From positions 147,562,001 through 147,626,000 of the forward strand of contig NC_086097.1 in the NCBI RefSeq assembly GCF_963921235.1: 64,000 nucleotides of DNA. The letters run 5' to 3'. The stretch is from Mobula hypostoma (lineage: Eukaryota). The position numbers were made by a program, and so were the translations under genes. Under the pieces are notes generated by a model. The model was not told the origin of the DNA and made no database searches. It saw nothing but the letters and a program-made list of their open reading frames with translations. This document shows, piece after piece, positions 22,081 to 35,048 of this stretch. Each line of letters opens with the position of its first letter. The stretch's first letter is position 1.

Positions 22081-23719
22081 TCATGGTTTTCTTAAGGCCT
22101 TTTACATGTTACTCAATACTTTGAAATGTTGTAATACTCTTACAGAACATATGATAGGAAAGGTAAAGGTTTTATAAACTGAAAAATAGTTTTGCATGAA
22201 ACATATTCAAAGTACCTGAGTGCACAAACATCTTTGTTTTATATTTATGATGCAAATGACTTAGCTCAGAGAAACACAAAGAGGCAATGGACAAATAGTG
22301 CTGCATATTTATCATGGTTCACTAGTGCATGCACCATGGTCTTCACAATGATTAAGTGAATACTGATCAGTCTGCATTGGATGAAAGGGGAATACCATTC
22401 AAAAGTCCAGACGGAACTCCCTAATTTGGATCAATACAAAATCTCAAGTATCTTACTTGACATGGTGTGATTATTTCCATTGGAGTGAAGGAAGTTCTCA
22501 AAAGATGAAAGAGAATTTTTTAAATTAATAGACTTGTTAGTGACTATGGAAATGAAGTTGAGATGTAAGTGATAGAAGACATTATTTTAAAATTGTCATG
22601 TGGACAAAGAAAGAATACTGGAAATCTTTTCTTGCTGAACGTTGCTAAAGGATGGAGTGTATTGTCACAGGGCTTAGTAGATGGAGCAATTGATTCATTG
22701 AAGAAGAATGAAGAAGTACTGTAGCAAAGGAAGATAAAACCTTGAAGGGAAAGCAATGGGTGGTGGGATTTGTTTTGAAAAGCCCAAGCATAGGGTGTGT
22801 ATTGGCACAATGAACCAGTTGTTTCTTTTTGTTTTATAAATACCATTGTTTCTATTGATCCTCACCATTAAGCAGATCATAGGCTTTAATACTCATCCAC
22901 AGGAGCATCCCAAAGCATGCCAAAAATATAATTCTAGAATGGTTCCAGAATGAAATCGGATGTAACATATCATTACAACTGAGTTAAGTGATTGAGCTAA
23001 GCCCCTAGCCAAAGAAATGACTATCTTAATAAACCTTGCCTGTTTTGGGAATATAGGAATAGGATTAAATCATTTGGTTCACTGCATGTGTTCTTCCATT
23101 CAATTACATCATATTGATCTGTACATCAGCAGCATCTATCCACCTTCATTTCATATCCCAAAAAAATTACTTACAGATTCTGAAAATTGTCCAGCAATCT
23201 TTGTCACTCCTTCCCTCTCCACAGGTAGGGTTGCGCCATTTCTTGTGTTAACTTGTGCCTTATTTATTTTTATCTCTAGCTGCCAGTTTGAAATATAGTT
23301 GTTACTTTAGATAAATTTTGTCTGTATCCTATCACCGACATTCCTTCAGTTCTCTCCTTCCCTCCTTTCCTCTGGAACTTAATATATTTGCTTTCCCACA
23401 TTCCAGATCTGAGGAAGGATGCTTCAGCTCTGTTTCTCTCTTCACTCATGCTCCATGACCTTCGAGTGCTTCCAATGCACTCTGTCTACATTTCAAATTT
23501 CCAGCCTTTTGCAATGCTTTGCTCCAGTTCACTGCCACTTCTCTTCCAAGACTGTTCCCCTTGAAGACGTTCTCTTCTCTACAACAGGCAATATACCATG
23601 GCAATCTCTCCTGACCCAGGCTACCATATTTTAAATGTGTGTTACAACTAAAATAAAAGTTTATACATTAGATCATATTAGCATTTTTTATATTACACTC
23701 TTGAATTCAAAACACATAC

Positions 23720-25690
23720 TCCTCTGAATCCTTCTCGCCTTGGCTCTCCTCCAACCTTATCTCTCCCTCCATTTGGCACAACCTCTCCTGATCTTTCTTC
23801 TCCCTAATTTAAATTACTTATCCTCAGCTTCACCACCAAGCGCCCCTTCTCCCATGTTTGCATCGTAATGTGCTTTGAGCCCAGTAAGATGTTGAACTCT
23901 TGTTCCACCATCTCTGCACCCATTATCTTCACCAGGAAACCATAGCTCTTTCTCTCATCTTCTAAGTACCCAGTCCACTTTCAACCACTTACCTCTCAAG
24001 ATCCATTCACTATCAATTGCCAGTCGTAGCTCTCAAACATTTTCATATAACTTCCAATGGACCATGAACCCACCATTGAATATCAGGCTATTGTGTCTAC
24101 ACAGTCATTGGTTTTACTTCCTTCAAATATCTTCCTGCCATATTCTTCAGCCATCTGATCCACTAGTCCTCTACGATTCTCTTCTACCTCCTCTGTAAGA
24201 TCCACAAGTTGGACTGATTTCAAACAAAGAATTTACCTCTTCCTATCTTGATCCTTTGCTTTAGTGTAGTATTTAGTGAAACACTATTACAGCTCAGGGT
24301 GTCAGAGTATGGAGTTCAATTTCACATCCTCTGTGAGCAGGTTTGTATGTTCCTTCCCATGTGCATGTGGATTTCCTCTGGGTGCTACAATTTCCTCCCA
24401 TAGTCCAAAGATGTACCAGTTAATTAATCAATGACTCATTTAAAATTAGTCATTTTAAATTGTACCATCATTAGACTGGGGTTAAATTGATGGGTTGTTG
24501 GGTGACACAGCTCGAAGTGCAAATATTTAATGCTGTATCTCTAAATAAAATAAACAATAATATTATTCAATCACTTTCTACATAAGTCATTGTCATCATT
24601 ATCACCCTCCACCACTCTGATATTTACAGTTTCCTGGACTCAAAGTTTATCTTCACCATGGATGTCCAGTCAATGTCTCATCAGGATAGTCAAAGGTTTC
24701 TTCCTTGAATATACCCCCAACATTCCTTTCCATTACTACTCTTCTTTGTCTGACTGATCTCCTTATTGATTATAATTCATTCAAGTCCACTCACCTCATC
24801 CAAATCAAATCTGTATCAATGGCCCAAACCCCGTCCATTTTGTTGCATACATAGAACAGTCCTTGTTTTAGTCCAATTTACTCCTATGGCTGCTCCGTGC
24901 TATTTTCTTCACTTACAGAGAACCTGATTTAACTACCTTTGCTGCTAGTTTCTGCCTGGCCCATTTCTTTACTCTGTCCACATCTGAAGGAATGGTTCCT
25001 CTATGATTCCCTATCTTTTCTTCCTTCTCTACCAATCATTGATCTTCTCTCTAAAGCAGCCATGAAAATGCAACACCTGCCCCTTCAACATTTCCCTTTC
25101 TAATACTAAAGGAATCGAGCAACTTTTACGAGTGATAGATCAATTCCTTTGGATTTCTTCCAATTCATTGCTCACTATGTGGTTTCCTCTGCACTGGGAA
25201 AAAAAAACAAATGCAAATTGAGTAACTCCTTTATAGATCCCTTTGCATAGTTTATGAGGGCAACCTGAACACTTAATCACCTGTCAATTTAATTTTCTAC
25301 CCTACTCTCGTTTTGACTTTTCTGCCTTTGGCCATCTAATATGTCGAATGAGCAGCACCTCGATAAGCAGTACATTATTTTCCATGCAAGCATATTGCAG
25401 TCCCAGGACTTGAATATTGAATTTAACAATTTCTCATAAGAACTCTTTGAAAATTTATTTTTCTCCCTATAGCTGATGCTGTACCTGAGTTTTTCTCAGC
25501 ATCCAGTTGTCAGCTTTTAAGCATTTGTTACCTTGACACCTTTGGTCTGCATCCTCTAACTGATATTCTTTCTACCCATTTCACTCACCATGGCTCAAAA
25601 TGCCTTTTTTCCCATACATTTCCAGTTCTGATAGTGTTCTTGACCTGAAACATCAACTCTGCACAAATGATGCTACATGTACTGAATGCC
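23720..25690 (+). mobile_element. Old, highly degenerate Penelope-like element (RT and GIY-YIG remnants)
   Basis: Remnants FTMDVQS (~24653), EQHL (~25350), GLNIEFNNF (~25405), and a decayed hammerhead-like CTGAT..GAAAC at ~25625-25655. Confidence 0.6.
24262..24560 (+). mobile_element. V-SINE-like element
   Basis: V-domain-like TTTGTATGTTC..GGATTTCCTCTGGGTGCT..TTTCCTCCCATAGTCCAAAGA and an A-rich tail. Confidence 0.65.
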
Positions 25691-26210
25691 TCAGAAAGGA
25701 TGCGTTGTCATTGGAGAGAGTCCAGAAGAGTTTCCGAGGATGATTCCCGGAATGAAGGGGTTAACATATGAGAAGCATTTGGCAGCTTTGGGCCGGTACT
25801 CACTGGAACTTAGAAGAATGTGGGGTGATCTCATTGAAAGCTACCGAATGTTGAAAAGACTAGATAAGGTGGATGTAGAGCAGATGTTTCTTATGGTGGG
25901 GGTATCCAGAACTAGAGGGTACAGCCTCAGAATTGAGGAGCTACCTTTTAGAATTGAGGTAAGGTGGACTTTTTTTAGCCAGACAGTAGAGAATCTATCA
26001 AATGTTTTGCCACAAACAGCTGGGGAGGCCAAGACCGTGGGTATATTTAAAACGAAAATTCATTGTTTACTGATTAGGCAGGGCGTGAAAGGTTATGGCA
26101 AGAAAGCATGTGTTTGCGGTTGAGTGGGATCTAGGATCAGCCATGATGGAACTGTGGAGCAGATTTGATGAGCTGAATGGCTTAATTCTGCTCCTGTGTC
26201 TTATCGTCTA
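25690..26210 (+). mobile_element. CR1 3' fragment
   Basis: ORF 25686..26123 (RMIPGMKGLTYE..SRTRGYSLRIE) and CR1 tail. Confidence 0.85.
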
Positions 26211-28464
26211 ACATTCAATGCTTTTGCTTGGATTTTCGGCATCAATATTTTGTTGCTTCAGCAATGTTTTCTCTTAATCTGCACTAAAAGCAGATCTTTG
26301 CTCTTTTATTCCCCATGATTTGAAAATAGATCACCATAATTTTGTGGATTTGTACATTTCATTCAATCAAATGTGTAATGGCATCAACATAACTTGATTG
26401 ATTCATATTCAATCATTTTAAGGGGGTAATTATGAATAAAGAAAATGTTAGGTTTTTAACTGGAGACTGCTGGTTTTAGACAATCTGCACCTAAAGGCCA
26501 AACAATGAGATAAAACCAAATTTAAATATCATCAAAGTGCGGTGCACACCAAAATTGATGCTCCTACTGCCAGCTTAATTTTTTTTGTAAAGACGTTCAG
26601 CCTACTTTCCTCTGAAAAGCCATTGTGAAAGTGTTTGCATTATGAAGTGTAAGCATGGAAATTCTGTGGCTCACAGGAAACTGCTTTGGTGCCAAGGGTA
26701 AGCCAATGTAAATGTGTTATGTAATTGTATGAGGGATTTTTGAAAGAACATTTCATTGTTTTGTGTCTTTGTTGCTTATACTTGGCATTTTATGAAATGT
26801 GTTTGACAATCAAGACCTAAATCAAATACTGATATTCTGTTAAAGTGCTAAGCAGGTGGCTTCTGAAGTTAAGTAGTGTGAATAAAGTTCTTTATTCAAT
26901 TGCCGGGCACAGAGCCAACTTCTAACCCCCGCCTCCCCCCCCCCACCCCCAACATTCAGCTTTAATTTCTGGCAAGATGGATATGAGGTTGTTTATACAA
27001 AGAACACGGGAAGCTCATCTGATGAATTTTTAAAAATGCTGCATCTAAAGGCTACTAAATAATCCAAAGGCAGCAAAGTGAAGAAAATATACAGTAACTA
27101 TTCCACATGGAGCAGTTACAGTTTCGTTACATAAAATGTGTATGTCTTTCAGTATTTTATTATGAATGGTATGCTTCTATGACTTTATTTTCACATAAGT
27201 AGTCATTTACCTATCATTCAGCCTTTAGAATACAGTCCACTCCACTGCTCTTGTAGTTTCTGTCATCTTTTGTATTTTGTGATCAGGGTTACTGGGCCCG
27301 TGTTTACTCAGTGTGGCATAGGTTTCAAGATCAAAGGATTTGTGGTCTTCTAATGGAAACTGTAGTCACTTGAAGAAAAGACTGCTGGAGAAAGTTGACA
27401 TTAAAGATTGTTTATCTCCAGGGGCAGTTGTTGCATATATTAGTGCTCTTCAATATGAAACTGAACTATCCGTACAGATGTCTTACGATATCAAAAGATA
27501 ACTTTTTTGCTCTCTGCTGTCACTGAAGTAAAAACAAAATGACCTTTGTTACCTTACTACATAATATCAATTGAGTGTACCCAGTTTTATGCTGGCAGCT
27601 AATAGGACTTCAGAATCTACAACTGAGCCAGAAGAAATGTCATCACACCGCTTAATTTTCTTTGATCTTTCTGGCCAGTCCTACCTCCACATTGTGTCAA
27701 ACTCCACCATACTTCCCCAACCTCATTGCTCATGACCTAAAGCTCGGCACCAAATTTTTGATCATCTGACTAGCTAACTATCCTAGCCAATCTAGTACAT
27801 AATCCACAATGACCTCTTTGGCAGGTTTGATCTCCAGCTTCCTGTTCCTGACAGATTTTCAGATGCTGTCTTGGGGCACCTTTCCCAATCCTTGGCTGAC
27901 AGTTGTCATGACTCTAGGCACCTCTCTCTAATCATACTTCCCAAAACCTCTTCCCAAAACTTCCTGATCCTCCCCTTCCTAACCCCTACCCAACCTAACC
28001 TCAGTTCAGGTTCAGTCCTTCATAACCCCACCACCAACAATCACAATCACAGCAAAAGAGCAACACTTCTTCCCCCCTCTCCTCATCAGCTCAACTACTC
28101 AATAGACCCATTTATCTTTCTCTCTATACCCATATCACAGCTGCAGGAGAGAAACAATAGTCCTTCTCATCGTACCACTATCAACATCAACTATGCAGCA
28201 GACCTAATCTTATTCTTCATTCCCCATCCCATCTACAATGTAGACCTCAATCAGATCTATAGCCATTTTCCATTTGCATTCCCCTGTCATTACTTCATAA
28301 TGTCACAAAACATTTTACAGTCATGCACCATTTTTTAAAATGTCATCACCTACAGTAATGATACAAATGCAAAAGATGACAAAAATATACCACTAAGCAC
28401 TTCCTTTGTATAGAGTAGAGACACAAAATGTACATTGTGACATCTTTCTGTGATCTGAATGGAA

Positions 28465-29655
28465 CTTAACGCAGACAAGTATGAGGAGTTGCATTTTGGG
28501 AGGACAAACCAGAGTAGGACTTAGACAGTGAACGATAGGGCACTAAGAAATGTGGTGGAACAGAAAGTTCTGGGAATACAGATCCATAATTCCTTGAAAG
28601 TGATGTCACAGTTAGTGTTACATAACTGGCAACAATGAATATCAATTGAGACAGGTTATATAAAAATAACCAAACATTTATTAAATACGGATAAACAATA
28701 AAACACAAACAGGAAAACCTTAACTGGAAGTTAACCGCTATGCGGCTGTTCAACAAACCGTCACTCGGCACTGGTTCTTAAAGCGTTAAATGCAAAAACA
28801 GTTCTTAAATTGGTAAAGCTAGATGTAGTTCTTAAAATGGTAAATTTGAAAGTCCAACAGATTTATACGTTCAATTGGGAGAGACTTCTCTGGAGAAGGA
28901 TTTCTTCATAGACGCGACTTTCCTGTTGGTTCTGTCCAAAGGATTCACGATGCAGGAAATAAACAGTTTAAAACAACTGACATTAAATTCTAGGGAGCAC
29001 CTTGCATGAACTACCTTGTTCTTTTAGCAAGAGTTATTTTTGATGCAGGTCGCTACTCCTTCAATGAAGACTCAATAAGGTCGATCATTTGTTAAACTGC
29101 CAAACGGTACCAACTTCTCTTGACCCTTCGGGTCCCGTACTTCGATAAAGTCTTCACTCTCCAGTACTGATGGAATAAGGTACATCAACACATCTAGCAA
29201 AAGTTGCCAGTCCAGCACTATTGTACCTTACAACAGAACGTAATACTCCATTTTAAAAATGAAACTGTGTCATAAAAACAAATACGCAACAGAAACAGAG
29301 ACACATTAACGTTCTAGCTGGAAAACTAAAAACTAAAGACTAACTGCGTCATCTGAGGTCTTCCCTTATATACCTGTGGTGCACATGTCATCACGTGACC
29401 TCACATCGGTGAGAAAATTACATCAGGTGACCTCCAAAAGACCATTACATCATTCTCACAAAAAAAAATCACAGATCTCCTTGAGGTATGTAACAGTTAG
29501 ATACAGTAGCATTGTAAAGAGAGCTATTGGCACAATGACCTTCATAAATCAAAGTACTGAGTACAGGAGATGGGATGTTATGATGAAGTTGTACAAGGCA
29601 TTGGTGAGGCCTAATCTGGAGTACTGTGTGCAATTCTGGTCACCTACCTACAAGA
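28465..29655 (+). mobile_element. CR1 RT fragment split by a solo LTR
   Basis: NADKYEELHFGRTN.. before the LTR and LYKALVRPNLEYCVQFWSP after it. Confidence 0.8.
28616..29495 (-). repeat. Solo LTR (880 bp), probably BEL/Pao or Gypsy type
   Basis: Perfect 9-bp terminal inverted repeat TGTTACATA...TATGTAACA and perfect 5-bp TSD GTTAG (28611-28615, 29496-29500). TATATAA (~29366) and AATAAA (~28677) occur in LTR order on the minus strand. Confidence 0.85.
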
Positions 29656-29907
29656 AACAGACCAAGAGATCAAGAGTCCACTGTAATATAGATACATCTG
29701 ACTTTAGCTTCTCCCTCTCTACACTCCAGGGTTCTGAAAGAGGTAGCTGATGGAAGCATTAGTAATAATCTTTCATGAATCAATAGATTTTGGTAAGGTT
29801 CCTGGGGACTGGAAAATTGCAAATGTCATTCCACTCTTCAAGAAGGGAGAAAGGCAGAAGAAAGGAAATTATAGGCCTGTTAGTCTGACCTCAGTGGTTG
29901 GGAAAAT

Positions 29908-31655
29908 CATAAGATACAGGAGCAGAATTAAGCCATTTGGCCCATTGTGTCTGCCCCACCATTTCATCATGGCTGATCCAATTTTACTCTCAGCCCAAAC
30001 CTCCTGCCTTCTCCCCATATGCCTTCATTCCCTGACCAATCAAAAACTTATCACTCTCTGCCTTAAATATACATAAAGACCTAACCTCCACAGCTGTCTG
30101 TGGCAAAGAATTCCACAGATTCACCACCCTCTGGCTAAAGAAATTCCTCCTCATCTCCATTCTAAAAGGACAACCCTCTATTCTGAGGCTGTGTCCTCTG
30201 GTCCTAAACTTCTCCACCATAGGAAACATCTTCTCCACATCCACGCTATCTAGGCCTTTCAACATTCAATAGGTCCCAATGAGACCCCCTTCATTCTTCT
30301 AAATTCCAGTGATTACAGACACAGAGCCATAAAATGCTCCTCATATGATAAGCCTTCATTTCTTTAATAATTTTCATGAACCTCCTCTGAGCCCTGTCCA
30401 ATTCTAGTGAATACAGGTGCAGAGCCGTCAACATTCTTAATATGACAAGCCATTCAATTGTTGAATCATTTTCATGAACCTTTGATCCCTCTCCAGTTCA
30501 TAATACACCTGCTCATAATACTCCAAGTGAGGCCTCATCAGTGCTTTATAAAGTTTCACCATTACAAACTTGCTTTTATATTCTAGTTATCTTGAAGTGA
30601 ATGCTAACCTCTGCCTTCTTCATCACAGAATCAACCTGAAAATTAACCTTCAGGGAATCCTGCACAAGGACTCCCAAGTACCTTTGCATCTCAGTTTTTT
30701 GTATTTGCTCTCCAATTAGAAAATAGTCAATCCTTTCATTTCTTCTACCAAAGTGCATGAACATATACTTCCCAACACTGTGTTCAATCAGCCATTTCTT
30801 TGCCTGTTCTCTAATCTGCCTAAGTCCTTCTGTAGCCTCTCTACTTCCTGAAAACTACCTGTCCTTCCACCTATCTTCATATCATCTGCAAACTTTTCAA
30901 CAAAGCCATCAACTCCAATATCCAATCCTTAACATATAACATAAAAAGAATCGGTCCCAACACAGATCCCTGTGGCAACCAGCCAGAAAAGGCTCTCTTT
31001 ACCTCCACTCTTTGTCTCCTGCCAATCAGCCACTGCTTTATCCATGCTAGAATCTTTCCTGTAATACCATGGGTTCATAGCTTGGTAAGTAGTCTCAAAT
31101 GTGGCACCTTTTCGAAGACCTTCTGAAAATCCTAGTACATAACATCAACCAATTCTCCTTCGTCTATCCTGCTTGTTACTGTTTCAAAGAATTCCAACAG
31201 ATTTGTCAGGCAAGATTTTCCCTTGGGAAACAATGCTGACTACAGCCTAATTTATCATGTGCCTCCAAGTACCCTGAGAAATCATCCCAAATAATGGACT
31301 CCAACATCTTTCCAACCACTGAAGTCAAACTAACTGGCCTATAGTTTCCTTCCTTTTTCCTCTTTCCCTTAATGAAGAGTGGAGTTGCATTTGCAATTTT
31401 CCAGTCTTCGGGAAACATTCCAGAATCTAGTGATTCTTGAAAGATCGTTACTACAAAAGCCTCCATGATCTCTTCAGCCCCCACTTTCATAACTCTAGGA
31501 TGTACACCATCTGGTCCAGGTGACTTATCTACCTTCAGACTTTGCAGTTTCCCATGAATCTCTCTCTAGTTATGGTAACTTCACACACTTCATGCCCCCA
31601 ACACCTGGAACTGCCATCAGACTGCTAGTTTCTTCCACAGTGAAAACTGATGCAA
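29908..31655 (-). mobile_element. CR1 3' portion (about 1.7 kb), antisense nested
   Basis: ORFs 29990..30265, 30576..30764 and 31206..31490 are CR1 RT pieces. Tail at ~29908. Confidence 0.85.
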
Positions 31656-31839
31656 AACGATGTTGGAGTCAATTGTTAAGAATGTGGTTTCAGGGTATTT
31701 GGAGATGCATGATAAAATGGGCTGAAGTCAGCACGGTTTGCCAAGGGAAAATCGGTTGTGTACTTGGATTTTCAGAAGGCCTTTGACAAGGTGCCGCTCG
31801 TGAGATTGGTTAACAAGATAAAAGCCCATAGTATAACAG

Positions 31840-32091
31840 ACTGGTGGCGCAGTTACATCAGTGCCAGACTCCGGAGTGAAGGTTCCCGAGTTCAAACCCA
31901 GTCGGGCTGCTCCCGGGCGCGCTTTCCATCTGTGCTGTGTTGAGTGTTGAGCTCGCAACTCGGCCTCATAAAAAAAAAGACTGCACTGTGAGAAGGACGT
32001 GAGGGACCACTCACAGAATCTTTCCTCCAAGACAACCACTTGAAAGAGTGGTTGCCGAGGCTCTGGCAGGGTATGGCACACAAAAATAAAA
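31840..32091 (+). mobile_element. tRNA-derived SINE
   Basis: A box TGGCGCAGTT, B box GAGTTCAAACC, A-rich end, short AACAG duplication at 31835-31839 and 32092-32096. Confidence 0.65.
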
Positions 32092-32216
32092 AACAGGCAA
32101 AATGCTAGCATGGAGGTAGCATTGGCTGATTGGCAGGAGGCAAAGACTGGGAATATAGGAAGCCTTTTCCAGTTGGCTGCTGGTGACTAGTGGTGTTTCG
32201 CATTGGTCTATGTTGG

Positions 32217-32866
32217 TGTAAGGACAAAGTTAAATGTGATTCATCCTTGGTATATGCTAAAATAAAATGGAAGACAAAATACTGTTAGCTTCGAGAGGGA
32301 TTGTCTTGAGAAAGTACAGGACAGCTAGTCCACAGCAAAGTTTTGAAAATGTTAAGGAAGTACAAGTCTGTAGCGATAACAGTGGAAGACGGTAAAAAAT
32401 GTTTTTCACAGGAAGGAGAGGTCATTGTGCAGGTGCAGGTACCAAATAAATGGAAATGTACCAGTGGAAGGGTTTTGAATGTATAAAAAGCACACCTTCT
32501 TGGTTCAAGGGGAAAGAGTTTTGTCCAAGACCAGGTCACAGCTGGTGACTAGTGCTAAGACGGGGAACAGTGTGTTGAAGAAAGTCAGAGTGCATCCACT
32601 CGGAGTTAGGCTTGTACTTAGCCTTAGATTTAGGGAGAGAGAAAGAGAGAGGAGTGGCCATGTGGAAGCCTTCTGCAGATCAGCTCACCTAGATGATGGT
32701 AAGTATTATTTCAATTTCTGTACTGCTGCAGCTTACTGCTTGAGAGATTTGTTTTCCCTTTTCTACTGCATAGTGTCATCTCCTTTGCTTGCGAATATCT
32801 GTATGAATACCCTGAGCTGAGCCAGGAAAGAACATGTAACAAATTTCAAAATAATTTTCATTTACA
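32217..32866 (+). repeat. ERV 5' LTR
   Basis: TG...CA ends. Aligns by eye with 35049-35603 (shared GGTATATGCTAAAATAAAATGGAAG, TAACAGTGGAAGA, AATAATTTTCATTTACA). TATAAA at ~32481. Confidence 0.85.
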
Positions 32867-32868
32867 AT

Positions 32869-32886
32869 TGGCGCTGTGATTAGAGT
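32869..32886 (+). promoter_or_regulatory. Primer-binding site, tRNA-Ser(CGA)-like
   Basis: TGGCGCTGTGA 2 nt after the LTR matches the first 11 nt complementary to the 3' end of vertebrate tRNA-Ser(CGA), recalled from knowledge and not searched. Confidence 0.6.
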
Positions 32887-32959
32887 TCAGCTTAATGAGT
32901 GCAATGTTTTGCAAACAACAGGACAAATCTGAGGATGAGACAATTAGGGTACAAAGATG

Positions 32960-34440
32960 GATGGATAACACCAATGGTTTTGCTGCAGTGGTCAGCATGT
33001 TGGCTGAGGGTTGCTCCCTAATGTTGGAGAACAGTAGACGTGATGTCCTGGCATGGCAGCCTCTCCGCTAAGTAAGGTAGGGTTTCCCAAATGGGAAGCG
33101 AGTAAGGGAATGGCCTATTGGATTTTGCTGTACACTTTGAAAACTGTATTTGACATGCATAGTGTAGCAAAGCAAAGGTTGTCTGCTGCTAATGACAGAA
33201 CTGGAATTATAGAGCAGCTGAATCTTACTTTAGCTGTATTAGCTAGGTTGGCCCATGACAAGGTTGAAATCCAGCAAAACACCGTAACATGTAAATTACT
33301 TAGAGGACTGGAGGAGCATTGGGCTAAGCTGAGTGATCAACAGCCATATGCTATTAAAATGAAAACATTTCTAGCTAAGTGGTGGGACCCCGACAGTTGG
33401 GATAGAGATATCTGGAATGGTGCTGATACTCAGTGTGGTTATGGCCCTGAGGATCTCCCTACAAGATCTGAGCAGAACCTTACACATACGGACCCAGCAC
33501 TACATGCTTTTTCGTAACAATGCAGGGTCATAACACTACAAGGACACCGGGGGTGGTGGTCAGACAACACGAGAGGAAAGAGTGACTAGGGCATGGAAGA
33601 CTGAGGAACAGAGGGCCATTCGAGACAAATATGTGCAGAGAATGTCTTGCTGTATGGTTAGCTCGGTTGTGCGATATGGGCGCTGGAATGCTGCATCTGA
33701 CCATGGAGGAGGCCAATATCTTGCTCCCAATCTCGACAGAAAACAGAATTAATAAGCAGATGCTAAATGACAATGACGGCCCTGCAGACTTGTTCTCCGG
33801 GTATTCAGGATTTACTCCTCTGCAGCAGACTGGGGACAGCAGGGTGTGCCTTGGCACACTGCAGATGAAGGAATTGCGATGCTTTGAGCTATAGTTCCAC
33901 TTAGAGATATTTACCACGGCTTGGGGTGGGATGATCCAGATGAGGAGATATTGAATCAGGGGCACGTGAACACTATGCGCCTTCACATTTAAAGGGAAAT
34001 CTGTTGTGCCTTTTGGAGTTGTGAGTGTGACACCCTGAGGGCGCGGAGTTAGAGAGGATGGAAGTATTAAGACAGGTTGATGAGGGGAAAACAAAAGTTA
34101 GAGCTCTGAGGTCAAAGGAGGTGATGGGAAGCATTAAAAGTAACGCAGGCAGTAATCCACACCCACTCCCCCCCCCCCGCCACCCCCCGTCCAACTCGCA
34201 AGAAAATGTTTCAAGCCCTGTTAAAAGCAGGGGTGGATAAAGTAAAGATTGATGGTGTGCCCACAGAAGCCATGTATGCCTTATGGAAATATAATTGTGA
34301 TAACACAAATGGTGTGCCTAGTGCCTCTCCCCTATTTAAATCTGTTTATTGACAGAACTTACGCCTTACAGTGGTGGCTGATTGTACTATCCCAAGCCTT
34401 GTACAATCTAAGTAACAGGCCAAGGATCACTGATGACTAG
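32960..34440 (+). pseudogene. gag: ERV-L/ERV-S-like gag (frameshifted)
   Basis: KWWDPDSWDRDIW (33053..33517), ECLAVWLARLCDMGA..L..EE (33631..33894) and TRKKMFQALLKAGVDKVKIDGVPTEAMYALW (~34194-34290). These resemble the ERV-L gag motifs WDPxTWxGDxW, WxLRxWDxG and GVxxxxIDxxPT. Confidence 0.75.
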
Positions 34441-35048
34441 GATGGTCAAATGTACCCCAGAACTGGAGCAGGAAATAGGCACAGAAGAAAGTGCTCCCAC
34501 AGTAGGAGGGAATCTGGTTTGCAAGGGAGAGAATGTAGCAAATGGAGATAATAAATTGACTGGGCATCAGTTCAAGGGAAAACCCATCTGGTGTGTTTGA
34601 ACAGGGAGAAATTGACCAAACGGAAATGATTTAAATTTTTGTAACCCTAATAATAAAAGATAATTTATTTCCCCATAGGTGAAATAACAGCCCTGAAATT
34701 AACCTTATGGACAGCATAGACTTTCCCCTGAGCAGATCACCATCTGAGCTGCAAAAAAGAACACACAATGACCGACTATAGAAAGAGAAGATGGACGTTC
34801 TTTAGAACAACTCCACTAACGCATCTGTGAAAATTAACCATGACTAATTTTGTTCTGGTTTCCATTATTCAAAATAAAGTTTGGGACTGGGAAATAGTGG
34901 ATAATCATAATTTAAATGCAGTTTATTTTATCTTATTGCTTATAATGAATTCAGATTATAATCCCACTGCATAATTATATTATAATAATTCTAGCACACT
35001 TTGCAATTATTTTTGTATAATGTGCCAATGAGGAATCAAGAGGTGGAG

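Larger units (their letters stand above)
29730..32216 (+). mobile_element. CR1 RT fragment hosting an antisense CR1, a SINE and the ERV
   Basis: VPGDWKIANVIPLFKKG..NYRPVSLTSVVGK at 29750-29905 resumes at ~31660 (MLESIVK..YLDFQKAFDKVP). Confidence 0.8.

Noticed and set aside
22531..22572. Possible micro-exon (..TAATAG/..GAGAT GTAAGT)
   Set aside because: Flanked by decayed CR1-like sequence, the peptide is unrecognisable, and no partner exons were found.
27871..28338. 155-aa ORF
   Set aside because: Low-complexity S/P/L/H product from C-rich DNA, non-ATG start, no domain. Likely a decayed repeat.
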